Assembly: GCA_036559405.1 (NCBI GenBank)
Contig: DATBTF010000051.1
Location: 1 to 57,078 of the forward strand
DNA from: Bdellovibrionota bacterium
GTDB taxonomy: Bacteria > Bdellovibrionota > UBA1018 > CAIPTA01
Direction of reading: 5' to 3'
Length of the DNA: 57,078 bases
Program-made: the position numbers and the translations under genes
Notes under the pieces: model-generated
What the model saw: only the letters and a program-made list of their open reading frames with translations
Databases searched by the model: none
What the model was told of the DNA's origin: nothing
Part shown: positions 36,164 through 44,374 of the stretch, one piece after another
Layout of the letters: each line of letters opens with the position of its first letter
Numbering within the stretch: the first letter of the stretch is position 1

Positions 36164-36690
36164 AGAAAATAGGAGCGCTCTTTCTTTCGCTCTTCATCCA
36201 CCTGGCGGTGCCTGTAGCAATTTATTTTATTTATAACGGCAGGGGTGTAGCCCCTGATGCCGAGGCGGTGGCCGAGGCGCCGATCGGGGATGTGTTCGTA
36301 CAGGAGGCAACTCCGGGCGAGAGCGCGCCTCAAACTGCGGAAGCGATGTCTCTCCCGGAAGAAGCGAAGAAGCCGGGATTAGAATCCAGCAGCAGTCCCG
36401 GCCTTCCCGACGGCGAGGCTTCCGCCCTGGGGAAAATCCAGCCCACCTACCCTGCTCTCTCCCGCAAGTTGGGAGAGGAAGGAGAGGCCTCTTTCCTGAT
36501 CGACATCGCTACCGACGGTACGGTCACCAATGTCCGGCTGGACCGCAGTTCCGGCCACGAGCGGCTGGACGAGGCAGCGCGCACCGCCCTTTCGGCCGCC
36601 CGTTTCCAGCCCGCCGTAAAAGGGGGGGTGCCCGCGCCCTCGACTAAACGGCTCAGTGTAGATTTCCGCCTCCAGGGCCAGTCCAGATAA
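36160..36690 (+). CDS. tonB: TonB-family energy transducer
   Basis: N-terminal TM segment. C-terminal TonB domain PTYPALSRKLGEEGEASFLIDIATDGTV...LDEAARTALSAARFQP. GTG overlaps the btuB stop. Confidence 0.75.
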   Translation: MKKIGALFLSLFIHLAVPVAIYFIYNGRGVAPDAEAVAEAPIGDVFVQEATPGESAPQTAEAMSLPEEAKKPGLESSSSPGLPDGEASALGKIQPTYPALSRKLGEEGEASFLIDIATDGTVTNVRLDRSSGHERLDEAARTALSAARFQPAVKGGVPAPSTKRLSVDFRLQGQSR

Positions 36691-36763
36691 CCGCCTGGAA
36701 TTCTTTCGGCTTTTTCTTCGCCTTCCTGTTCAGAAACGCCGAGCCCCCGACGATAAGGTGAAT

Positions 36764-37447
36764 ATGAAGCTCTTCACCCCTATCTTCGCCCTATTCGCCA
36801 TTATCTTTTTCTCCACCAGCGACGCCCAGGCCTGCAAATGCTCCAGCGGCTGCGGGATGATCACCCAAGGTCTGAGCAGCGACGTGCTCAAGCTCGTGCA
36901 GGAAGGCAATCGAACGGGCCATTCGCCCCTCTCCTGTATCCGCACCCAGGCCTGCCAGGACCGCCTGCGCCACTGCTACGAACGCTGCGGGCAATACGGC
37001 CGTGCCGCCAGAAAATCCAAACATAGCGACGGCACAGCCTGCGACTGGATGCCCGACCACGGCAGAGCCCTCAAGCAGATCGAGTCGAGAAACAATCTTC
37101 GGAATATCCGCCGGCTCGTCCACTCCAAAGGCCAGGGCAGCGGCCTCCACGAATACACTATTAGATACACCAAGGCTCCCCAGGGCGGTGGCCAACCGGC
37201 CCAGCCCGTGCAGCCCTCCCAACCCGCACAGCCCGTCCAACCTGCTGGCGGCGGTGATGTCGGAGGCGGAGATGCAGGCGGCGGTGATAAACCCCGTCAG
37301 CCCGCCGGAAACAGCGGCGGACACGAACAGCTCGCCAATGGAAAGTATAAATGCGCCCGCGGGATGAAAAGCATCTGCGGAAGCACAATCGGCACTCGTT
37401 GGTGCAAGAGCTGGGTAGCATCCGGCCACACGCCCGGTTGCTACTGA
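36764..37447 (+). CDS. secreted Cys-rich hypothetical protein with PAQPVQP repeats
   Basis: AAGGTG SD. Signal peptide MKLFTPIFALFAIIFFSTSDAQA. Many Cys residues; QPAQPVQPSQPAQPVQP then GGGD repeats. Confidence 0.6.
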   Translation: MKLFTPIFALFAIIFFSTSDAQACKCSSGCGMITQGLSSDVLKLVQEGNRTGHSPLSCIRTQACQDRLRHCYERCGQYGRAARKSKHSDGTACDWMPDHGRALKQIESRNNLRNIRRLVHSKGQGSGLHEYTIRYTKAPQGGGQPAQPVQPSQPAQPVQPAGGGDVGGGDAGGGDKPRQPAGNSGGHEQLANGKYKCARGMKSICGSTIGTRWCKSWVASGHTPGCY

Positions 37448-37464
37448 TCTAGGTTTTTGGGGGG

Positions 37465-38175
37465 ATGATGAAGATTCTGTTTTTGTGCGCACTGAACATA
37501 CTGTGGGTCACCGCCGCGCAGGGTGGTTGTATTTCGATGAAAGACCTCGATAAGGAATCCGTCGACTGCAACGATAACGGAAATTTTGTCGATGCCGGGA
37601 TCCAGTGCTTTTTGGGCTTCGAGAACCTCGTGAAGAAGCAAGCCGGGGTGACCGCCAAAGGCATGAAACGCTCCAATGATAAATTCGTGAACGGCGACCG
37701 CAACAGCCAGACGAGCGGGCAAGAAGGCATGGTGTCCAATATGAACCTTTCCGTGGCCGCGCTCGACGCGATGATCGCCGCCGGCAAGGCAGCCCGGAAA
37801 GACATCGACAGCTATGCGAAGAACATCTTCTTCCCCGAGGAGTGGGACGCTCCCGAAGAGATGATCGGGAACGGGCTGGACTATCTCAACAGCAGCGCCT
37901 GTTACGCCGAGCCCCGGGACATTCTGAATGACATGGTCCAGCGCACGGATCAGTACATTGCGGATCTCGAAATGGCCAGGCAGGTGGCCACCGCCATGAA
38001 AAAAACGAGCACGGGCCGTGACGCCAATCTGGATCAGATGAACGGGATGCGTCTCCCGGCGGCTGCGACAAATGGCCCCGGAGCCAAGGCCGTCAAGAAG
38101 GGCAAGAAGCCCAAGAACGGTAAGTCCACGATTACAGGCGTGGAAGAAGACAAGAAGAAGCGCACCGAGCAGTAA
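37465..38175 (+). CDS. secreted hypothetical protein with Lys-rich tail
   Basis: Signal peptide MMKILFLCALNILWVTAAQG. C-terminal KAVKKGKKPKNGK...EEDKKKR. Confidence 0.6.
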   Translation: MMKILFLCALNILWVTAAQGGCISMKDLDKESVDCNDNGNFVDAGIQCFLGFENLVKKQAGVTAKGMKRSNDKFVNGDRNSQTSGQEGMVSNMNLSVAALDAMIAAGKAARKDIDSYAKNIFFPEEWDAPEEMIGNGLDYLNSSACYAEPRDILNDMVQRTDQYIADLEMARQVATAMKKTSTGRDANLDQMNGMRLPAAATNGPGAKAVKKGKKPKNGKSTITGVEEDKKKRTEQ

Positions 38176-38225
38176 TTGCCCCGTTCTGAGTTCGGGAGTA
38201 TGTTGGGTTCCACAAGGAGCTCACC

Positions 38226-38687
38226 ATGATCAAGACTGGACAACAATTCCCTGATTTCCGCCTGGCCAACCAGGACGGCAAAGAACGCAGCCTGAAAGAC
38301 TATACCGGCAAATGGCTCGTCCTTTACGTTTATCCCAAAGACGATACCCCCGGCTGCACGATCCAGGGAAAAAGCTTTACCGCTCAGAAAGCCCAGTTCG
38401 ACAAAATGAACGTCGCGATCGTGGGCGTGAGCGCCGATGACGTCCAATCACATAAAAATTTCTGCACAAAATTTTCCTTCACGATCGAGCTGCTCGCCGA
38501 TCCCACCGCCCAGCTGCTCAAGAGCGCCGGCGTGACCCAAAGCGAGTGGAAAGGCACGATGTACTGGGACCGCACCACCTTCGTAGTCGATTCCAACGGA
38601 ACGCTCCGCAAAGTTTACGAGAAGGTGAAGCCCGAGGGGCACGAGCAGGTGCTGATCGACGATATCAACAAGATGCAAGCGCACTAG
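38226..38687 (+). CDS. bcp: peroxiredoxin Bcp
   Basis: LVLYVYPKDDTPGCTIQ active site; 153 aa. Confidence 0.9.
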   Translation: MIKTGQQFPDFRLANQDGKERSLKDYTGKWLVLYVYPKDDTPGCTIQGKSFTAQKAQFDKMNVAIVGVSADDVQSHKNFCTKFSFTIELLADPTAQLLKSAGVTQSEWKGTMYWDRTTFVVDSNGTLRKVYEKVKPEGHEQVLIDDINKMQAH

Positions 38688-38705
38688 TTCTGGCGGCTGC
38701 ACTGG

Positions 38706-38739
38706 AAGGGCGCTCCGATGGGGGCGCCTTTTTATTTTG
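38706..38739 (+). terminator. rho-independent terminator after bcp
   Basis: AAGGGCGC...GCGCCTT stem followed by TTTTATTTT. Confidence 0.7.
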
Positions 38740-38745
38740 TCTTGG

Positions 38746-38760
38746 TTGACATCGCTCCCC
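38746..38760 (+). repeat. exact copy of the TGACATCGCTCC motif
   Basis: TTGACATCGCTCCCC, upstream of the HUH transposase gene. Confidence 0.8.
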
Positions 38761-38855
38761 CATCCTGGAGTGGCGTACCCTCGCGTCCCTGGTGTATATG
38801 GAGCGCTTACGTACAGCGTAGGTCGCTTTCGCTACTCCTGAGCCTCTAACCCATT

Positions 38856-38869
38856 TTGACATCGCTCCC
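38856..38869 (+). repeat. exact copy of the TGACATCGCTCC motif
   Basis: TTGACATCGCTCCC, 57 nt upstream of ATG 38913. Confidence 0.8.
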
Positions 38870-38912
38870 GTGAAAGCACTTTGGTGGCTTGGTCCCCGCA
38901 TGCAAACTTCTC

Positions 38913-39464
38913 ATGCGCTATCATCGAGCCTCACCGCCCAATCTCGAAGCCTACCGTCGCGACAAAGGCTGTTTCGGCGGCGACCTTTTGCGAGGCAATC
39001 CCAAGGGCCGAAGGCCTTTCTCCCATCACTCGGCTTTACATTTGGTGGTTCGCTCAACTTTGGCAAAAGGACCGCGATCCATGCTCCTACCAAGGCACCG
39101 CAAGCAGATTCTGGCGATCGTTCGCAAACAGGCCCGGACCTTTGAGGTCAAGGTCTACCGCTATGCCAACAGCGGAAACCATTTGCATTTCCTGGTGCGA
39201 CCACCCAGGACTCGCGCTCAATTCGTCGGATTCACGAAAGCAATTACAGGCCTGATTGCGCGCACTGTGACTCAAGCCAGGCGTGGGAAAAAAGTGGGAT
39301 TGCGATTCTGGGATAAGCGTCCCTTTTCCCGGATTATCCGCTGGGGCCGCGCTTTTCAGTGCTGCGCTCGCTATGTCACTCGCAATACTCTGGAAGCAAT
39401 GGGCTTCGAAGAAGCGGATTTCATCGATTATGAACTGAAAAGCTGGCGCTCAAAAGGTTCATAA
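38913..39464 (+). CDS. IS200/IS605-type Y1 HUH transposase-like protein (RAYT-like)
   Basis: ALHLVVRS, VYRYANSGNHLHFLVRPP (HUH = H-L-H), FWDKRPFSRII, ARYVTRNTLEA (catalytic Tyr context like YI..NPV). The start is uncertain (ATG 38913; the track TTG is at 38889). Confidence 0.55.
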   Translation: MRYHRASPPNLEAYRRDKGCFGGDLLRGNPKGRRPFSHHSALHLVVRSTLAKGPRSMLLPRHRKQILAIVRKQARTFEVKVYRYANSGNHLHFLVRPPRTRAQFVGFTKAITGLIARTVTQARRGKKVGLRFWDKRPFSRIIRWGRAFQCCARYVTRNTLEAMGFEEADFIDYELKSWRSKGS

Positions 39465-39492
39465 AAAAAGGACGCCCTGTAGGGCGCCCTTT
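39463..39492 (-). terminator. rho-independent terminator for the FKBP gene (weak in the + direction)
   Basis: On the minus strand: GGAAAGGGCGCCCTACAGGGCGTCC followed by TTTTTTT. Confidence 0.75.
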
Positions 39493-39513
39493 CCGTTCCG
39501 TTCGCATGAGCGC

Positions 39514-40008
39514 TTACTCGACTTTGAGCAGCTCCACTTCGAAATTCAAGTCAGCTTTGGGCGGAATCGTGCCATCTGGTGTACCACTTTCACCATACGC
39601 TAGCTTGTAGGGAACCATCAGCTTGCGCTTGCCGTGCACTTTCATGCCGGGAATTCCTTCCACCCAGCCAGCGATCAGATGGCCTTTATCGAGGTTGAAG
39701 GAGATCGGCTCTTTGCCCATATTGGAGTCGAACTCTTTGCCGTTCTGGAAGGTGCCGCGGTAGAAAACCGTGACCTTGCTGCCTTCTTTGGCCTCCATTC
39801 CGTCACCCACCTTGAGATCCTCGATCGTGAGGCCGCTGTCGCGGGTTTCTTTTTTGGCTTTGGCGGTCTTGTCGGCCTTGGGGGCTTTCTTGCCCGCTTT
39901 CTTGGTTTCGGTCTTTTCGGTTTTCGCGGGCGCGGCGGTTTCTTCGTTCCCGTAGGCGAAAGCCACGGTCATGCAGAATACGCTTAGAACAGTGATAGCT
40001 AGTTTCAT
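39514..40008 (-). CDS. periplasmic FKBP-type peptidyl-prolyl cis-trans isomerase
   Basis: Signal peptide, Lys/Ala-rich linker, VTVFYRGTFQNGKEFDS...GWVEGIPGMKVHGKRKLMVPYKLAYG. SD AGAGGAGGA. Confidence 0.9.
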   Translation of the reverse strand: MKLAITVLSVFCMTVAFAYGNEETAAPAKTEKTETKKAGKKAPKADKTAKAKKETRDSGLTIEDLKVGDGMEAKEGSKVTVFYRGTFQNGKEFDSNMGKEPISFNLDKGHLIAGWVEGIPGMKVHGKRKLMVPYKLAYGESGTPDGTIPPKADLNFEVELLKVE

Positions 40009-40097
40009 CAGTCCTCCTCTTTCTGCTTAAATTTCTGCCAGAATCCGCCTTTAGGCACACGGCCCGGAGCGGCACGACCGCCGCCCGGCATGCCCGA

Positions 40098-40112
40098 GAG
40101 AGCAATGTCAAA
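40098..40112 (-). repeat. degenerate copy of the motif
   Basis: The minus strand reads TTTGACATTGCTCTC (two mismatches). Confidence 0.5.
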
Positions 40113-40125
40113 GCTGCTCACGATA

Positions 40126-40139
40126 GGAGCGATGTCAAA
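40126..40139 (-). repeat. exact copy of the TGACATCGCTCC motif
   Basis: The minus strand reads TTTGACATCGCTCC. Confidence 0.8.
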
Positions 40140-40162
40140 CGGCCCTCGTTTTTCAACCTGGA

Positions 40163-40175
40163 GGAGCGATGTCAT
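40163..40175 (-). repeat. exact copy of the TGACATCGCTCC motif
   Basis: The minus strand reads ATGACATCGCTCC. Confidence 0.8.
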
Positions 40176-40224
40176 CCGCCGGAGCCCGTAAAGAAATGCC
40201 CAGGGAAATCCGATAAGTGAGGGC

Positions 40225-40824
40225 ATGATTCTCGTTCTCCACATCCTGGCCCTCGCCCTGCCCGCGCAGGCGGCGGAGCTGCCAAGGGCGTCCAGCACGC
40301 CCCTCTGCGCGCGGCTGCAGGCCGAATCGGTGCAGATCCAGTCCGGCGCGCCGAAGGCCTGCGACGAGTCCAAGGAGACGCATGCCCGCTTCCTGGCCGC
40401 TTTCGCCGAGGTGAACGAGGCCTGCAAGCGCCTCGAGGCTCAGGCGAACAATCCCGCGCCCACGCTTTTTGGCGCCAGCGACCGCCAGAAACAAATAGAA
40501 ATTATGGACCTCAAGCAGAAGCACATCACAGAGCGCGAAGCCCTTCTCCAGCGCTTCGGCCACGAGCTGCTGCGCACCCCTCTCGATAACGACGATCCCC
40601 TCCGCCCGCCTCCCGCCACGCCCCTGAGCGACGCCTGCGCCGAAGAGATGCAGGCTTATGCGCGCTTCCGAAACGCAGCCCTGCAGGGAATCGCGAACTA
40701 CTTCCAGGTGATCGAGAAATCCGACGACGCTCTTCTCCTGCAAGCCCAGGAAAGTCCTCAGGAAAAACCGCTGCAGAACCGCGTGCCCGCGGACGATAGA
40801 GCTACTGGAGCGGGGACTAAATAA
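40225..40824 (+). CDS. secreted hypothetical protein
   Basis: Signal peptide MILVLHILALALPAQA; helical, four Cys; no domain recognised. Confidence 0.5.
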   Translation: MILVLHILALALPAQAAELPRASSTPLCARLQAESVQIQSGAPKACDESKETHARFLAAFAEVNEACKRLEAQANNPAPTLFGASDRQKQIEIMDLKQKHITEREALLQRFGHELLRTPLDNDDPLRPPPATPLSDACAEEMQAYARFRNAALQGIANYFQVIEKSDDALLLQAQESPQEKPLQNRVPADDRATGAGTK

Positions 40825-40844
40825 AATCCCGTTACAGACTTCCC

Positions 40845-40870
40845 GCTTGGAAGCAAGTGTCCAAGCTTTT
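40845..40870 (+). terminator. rho-independent terminator
   Basis: GCTTGGA-agcaagtg-TCCAAGC followed by TTTT. Confidence 0.6.
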
Positions 40871-40938
40871 GACGACTGTCGAAAAGATTTACAGTCGGCG
40901 CTCTCTGCTCATACCTAAATTCAGGACCTTACCCCCGA

Positions 40939-40954
40939 TGGCATATTGGGTGCA
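40939..40954 (+). promoter_or_regulatory. candidate sigma54 (-24/-12) promoter upstream of fliA
   Basis: TGGCAT-ATTGG-GTGCA. The GG-to-GC spacing is identical to the consensus TGGCAC-N5-TTGCA. It lies about 205 nt upstream of fliA. Confidence 0.3.
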
Positions 40955-41161
40955 GCGATACCTGTTACCAGGACACGTTTTATTGGGGCTAGAAACCCCA
41001 GATCTCTAAGGTGAAATTCGGATCCTCGCTGGGGATGGCAGGAACGAAAGCACCGGAAAGAAAAACCTGTTCTGCTTGCGGAGAGCGCTCCATCGTACAC
41101 CGGAGGCCCACCGCACGAGACGACTCCTTGGTTTCACAGCCTAGCTTGGAGAAGTCATCCC

Positions 41162-41920
41162 ATGAAGTACGACAACCCGAAGCCCGGATCCTCTAGAGAC
41201 AGCCTCATGCTCGAATACTTTTCGCTCGTGAAAATCGTGGCGAAAAAGATGGCCACCCGCCTGCCCGCCAGCGTGGACTACGACGACCTCGTAAGTGCCG
41301 GCCTGATCGGCCTGATGCAGGCACTGGAGCGATTCAAGCCGGAAAAGGGCTTTAAGTTTAAAACCTATGCCGAGTTCCGCATCCGCGGCGCGATGATCGA
41401 TGAGCTGCGCACCCAGGATTGGTGCCCGAAAGGCATGCGCCAGAAGGCCAAGCAGTTCGAACGCATCTGTGAAAAGCTCCGCCAGAAGAAAGGCCGCAAG
41501 GCGACCGACAAGGAGCTCTGCCAGGCCCTGCACATTTCGAAAACCAAATACGAGCAGCTCGTGCGTGACGTGAACACGCTCGAACAGATGAACCTGGCTT
41601 CGTATGTGCGCCTGAGCAATGCAGAAGATCGCACCCAAACCACGATCGAGCTCGTGCCTGATACTCATGATCACGTGGACCCGTTCGAAGAGGCCAGCCG
41701 CCATAACGTTCGCGACAAGATCGAAGCGGCCATGCGCCACCTTCCGGAAGCGGAGCGCACCGTGTTAAGTCTCTACTACTTCGAGGACATGAACCTCAAG
41801 GAGATCGGCAAGCATCTGAACCTGTCGGAAAGCCGGGTTTGCCAGCTCCACTCGAAGGCGATCGCTCAGCTCAAAGAGAACCTGGCTGAAGAGCATCTCG
41901 AAGCCCAGCTCGCCGCCTAG
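41162..41920 (+). CDS. fliA: FliA/WhiG-family RNA polymerase sigma factor (sigma28)
   Basis: Region 2 LIGLMQALERFKPEKGFKFKTYAEFRIRGAMIDELR; region 4.2 NLKEIGKHLNLSESRVCQLHSKAIAQLK. Confidence 0.85.
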   Translation: MKYDNPKPGSSRDSLMLEYFSLVKIVAKKMATRLPASVDYDDLVSAGLIGLMQALERFKPEKGFKFKTYAEFRIRGAMIDELRTQDWCPKGMRQKAKQFERICEKLRQKKGRKATDKELCQALHISKTKYEQLVRDVNTLEQMNLASYVRLSNAEDRTQTTIELVPDTHDHVDPFEEASRHNVRDKIEAAMRHLPEAERTVLSLYYFEDMNLKEIGKHLNLSESRVCQLHSKAIAQLKENLAEEHLEAQLAA

Positions 41921-42001
41921 CATCAATGCCAACATTGCCGTAGTGTTTCTCCGTCGTGTAATGGTAGTTCTTCCCAGGACCCCTTGTGCCCTGGGAGGAC
42001 T

Positions 42002-42541
42002 ATGAAAAAACCCGCCGTAAACGCCTGCCACTTTCCCACCGCTATCGGCGAAATGGCTGTCGCCTGGCGCGCTGAGCGCGTTGTCGGGGTATTCCTGCCG
42101 GAAACGAGCGAGCGGAAGCTCCTGGCCTCGGTACGCAAGCGTCTCCGTGCCTCCAAGTTAACGTGGTCGCTTGCGCCGCCCACGCACGTGGGCCATATGG
42201 CCGCGCAGATCCGCGCCCACCTGCGGGGCGAATCGCAAGACTTCGATCTGAGCCAGCTCGAGATGCCCAAGCGCGGGCCATTCATGAGCAAGGTAATCAA
42301 ATGCCTGCTGAATGTGACCTCCGGCACCGTATTGACCTATGCGGAGCTCGCCGCCAAAGCCGGCAGCCCGAAGGCGTTTCGGGCTGTGGGACAAGCCATG
42401 GCCAGGAACCCCTTCCCCATCGTGATCCCGTGCCATCGCGTGGTGGGCGCCAGCAAGAATGTCGGCGGCTTTTCCGCGCATGGCGGCCTCGCCACCAAGG
42501 CGCGCATCCTTAAAATCGAAGCTCACGACGACCAAGCATGA
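42002..42541 (+). CDS. ogt: methylated-DNA--protein-cysteine methyltransferase
   Basis: TYAELAAKAGSPKAFRAVGQAMARNPFPIVIPCHRVV (PCHRV active site). Confidence 0.85.
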   Translation: MKKPAVNACHFPTAIGEMAVAWRAERVVGVFLPETSERKLLASVRKRLRASKLTWSLAPPTHVGHMAAQIRAHLRGESQDFDLSQLEMPKRGPFMSKVIKCLLNVTSGTVLTYAELAAKAGSPKAFRAVGQAMARNPFPIVIPCHRVVGASKNVGGFSAHGGLATKARILKIEAHDDQA

Positions 42542-44001
42542 AAATGGGACAAACCGACAGAACCTGGGTGGTGATCGCCCTCCTCTGCGCCGTATTCCTG
42601 GCGGCTATGGAGGCCACGGCTGTGGCAACCGTGATGCCCACCATCATCGGCGACCTGGGCGGTCTCAACCACTACGCCTGGGTGTTCACCGCCTATATGA
42701 TGAGCTCCACGGTGACCGTGCCGATCTACGGCAAGCTCTCCGACCTTTACGGGCGGAAGCCGGTTCTTCAGATAGGCATAGCTCTCTTCCTCCTTGGCTC
42801 CCTGCTCTCGGCCATGTCCCGCACCATGATCCAGCTGATTCTGTTCCGCGCCATCCAGGGTCTCGGCGCCGGCGCCATCCAGCCCACCGGTCTCACCATT
42901 ACAGGCGACCTCTTCAAGCTCGAGGAGCGCGCGCGGGTAACGGCGATCTTCGGCACTGTATGGGGCGTGGCCGGTGTGCTCGGGCCCTTGATCGGCGGGC
43001 TGATCGTGAAAACGCTCGGCTGGCCGTGGATCTTCTACGTGAACATCCCCTTCGCCATCGCCTCGACCCTCATCATCCAGTGGGCGCTGGTGGAGGACGT
43101 CGAGCGCAAGAAAACCCGCCTCGACTGGCTGGGCGCGATCTTCCTCAGCCTTACCATTGTGGGTGTTCTGCTGGCGGTAAACGATCCCGACCACGTTGCG
43201 TACCTCGTGCCCGGCTCCATCCTCTGCTTCGTGGCCTTTCTGCTCGTGGAGCAGCGGGTGCAGGAGCCCATCGTTCCGCTCGACCTTTTCTCCAGCCCCG
43301 TGATTTCCAATGCCAGCCTAGTCAGCATCATGCTCGGGGGCGCGATGCTCAGCTTTGTGACCTTCCTTCCTCTCTATGTCGAAGGCGTACGGCGGCTCGG
43401 AGTATTTTACGCCGGGCTGAGCATCATCCCCATGGGGATCGGCTGGCCCGTGGCCAGCGGCATCTCGGCTCGTCTGCTTCCCCGGGTGGGATTCCGAGTG
43501 CTGCTGCGAACGGGCCTGCTGCTGGTGTTCGTTGGGAGCCTCAGCGTGGCTTTGAGCGCCTATTGGTCGCTGCCCTTCGGCGCTCTGATGGCGGGCATGG
43601 GAGTGCTCGGCCTCGGGATGGGCTTTTCGAACATCCCGCTCCTCTTTTCCGTTCAGACTTCGGTGCAGTGGAACCGGCGCGGCACCGCCACTGCCAGCAC
43701 ACTTTTTTTCCGGACGATCGGCGGCACCATTACCGTGGGGGTGATGGGCGCGATTCTGGCGAAAGCCCTGAGCCGCGACCCGAGCCTGCCGCTGGGGCTG
43801 GCGAACGACCTGATCGGTCCCGCGCATGGGGCTGGCGTTTTGCCCGAAATGCTCGACAGGCTGGCGGCCGTGATGGACTGGGGACTCTTCCGCATCTTCT
43901 TCGGAAGCAGTGCAGTCGCGCTCTGTGCGCTGATTTTCGGTTTGTTTTTTCCCGACATCGGTAAAGAGGCGAAGCTGAATGAAGAAATTGAAGGTCTATG
44001 A
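42538..44001 (+). CDS. MFS transporter, DHA2 (EmrB/QacA-like, 14-TMS) drug:H+ antiporter family
   Basis: AMEATAVATVMPTIIGDLGG, GKLSDLYGRKP, FRAIQGLGAGA motifs. Confidence 0.85.
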   Translation: MKMGQTDRTWVVIALLCAVFLAAMEATAVATVMPTIIGDLGGLNHYAWVFTAYMMSSTVTVPIYGKLSDLYGRKPVLQIGIALFLLGSLLSAMSRTMIQLILFRAIQGLGAGAIQPTGLTITGDLFKLEERARVTAIFGTVWGVAGVLGPLIGGLIVKTLGWPWIFYVNIPFAIASTLIIQWALVEDVERKKTRLDWLGAIFLSLTIVGVLLAVNDPDHVAYLVPGSILCFVAFLLVEQRVQEPIVPLDLFSSPVISNASLVSIMLGGAMLSFVTFLPLYVEGVRRLGVFYAGLSIIPMGIGWPVASGISARLLPRVGFRVLLRTGLLLVFVGSLSVALSAYWSLPFGALMAGMGVLGLGMGFSNIPLLFSVQTSVQWNRRGTATASTLFFRTIGGTITVGVMGAILAKALSRDPSLPLGLANDLIGPAHGAGVLPEMLDRLAAVMDWGLFRIFFGSSAVALCALIFGLFFPDIGKEAKLNEEIEGL

Positions 44002-44332
44002 GTATGGAGGCTGCAGCACCTGCAAAAAGGCGCTGAGGTTTCTCGACGGGAAAAAGATCGCCTACGAAAAAGTCGACATCACCGAGGTTCCGCCCTCGAT
44101 CTTCGAGCTCAAGCGCATGCTCGGGCACGTGGGTAACATCGGCAAACTCTTCAACACCTCGGGCCTGGTCTACAAAGAGCTCGGATTGTCGAAGCTACTT
44201 CCCGGCATGAGCGAACAGGAGAGCCTGACGTTGCTGGCAAAGAACGGCCGGCTCGTGAAGCGGCCCTTTGTCTTGGGCGATGGCTGGGGCGCGGTTGGCT
44301 TCAAAGAAGAAGAATGGAAGAAACGGCTCTGA
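43979..44332 (+). CDS. ArsC/Spx/YffB-family thioredoxin-fold protein
   Basis: KVYEYGGCSTCKKALRFLDGKKIAYEKVDI and LVKRPFV. Confidence 0.75.
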   Translation: MKKLKVYEYGGCSTCKKALRFLDGKKIAYEKVDITEVPPSIFELKRMLGHVGNIGKLFNTSGLVYKELGLSKLLPGMSEQESLTLLAKNGRLVKRPFVLGDGWGAVGFKEEEWKKRL

Positions 44333-44374
44333 GGTGGTAAGAAGCCGCCACCTTCAACCAGAAAGGAAACATCC

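Noticed and set aside
40008-40427. 139-aa minus-strand ORF running through the three motif copies (encodes FDIAPI / FDIALS)
   Set aside because: The peptide repeats simply reflect the DNA motif repeats. The ORF overlaps the start of the + strand secreted protein gene and ends at the FKBP start, with no SD or family resemblance.
41011-41196. 61-codon GTG-initiated ORF upstream of fliA
   Set aside because: It has no SD, overlaps the fliA start, and the product is low-complexity. The region is more likely the fliA 5' UTR or promoter.
42459-43964. 501-aa alternate-frame ORF on the + strand
   Set aside because: It shares the strand with the MFS transporter but is out of frame. The product is Arg/Pro/Gly-rich, whereas frame 42538..44001 gives a canonical 14-TMS MFS protein.
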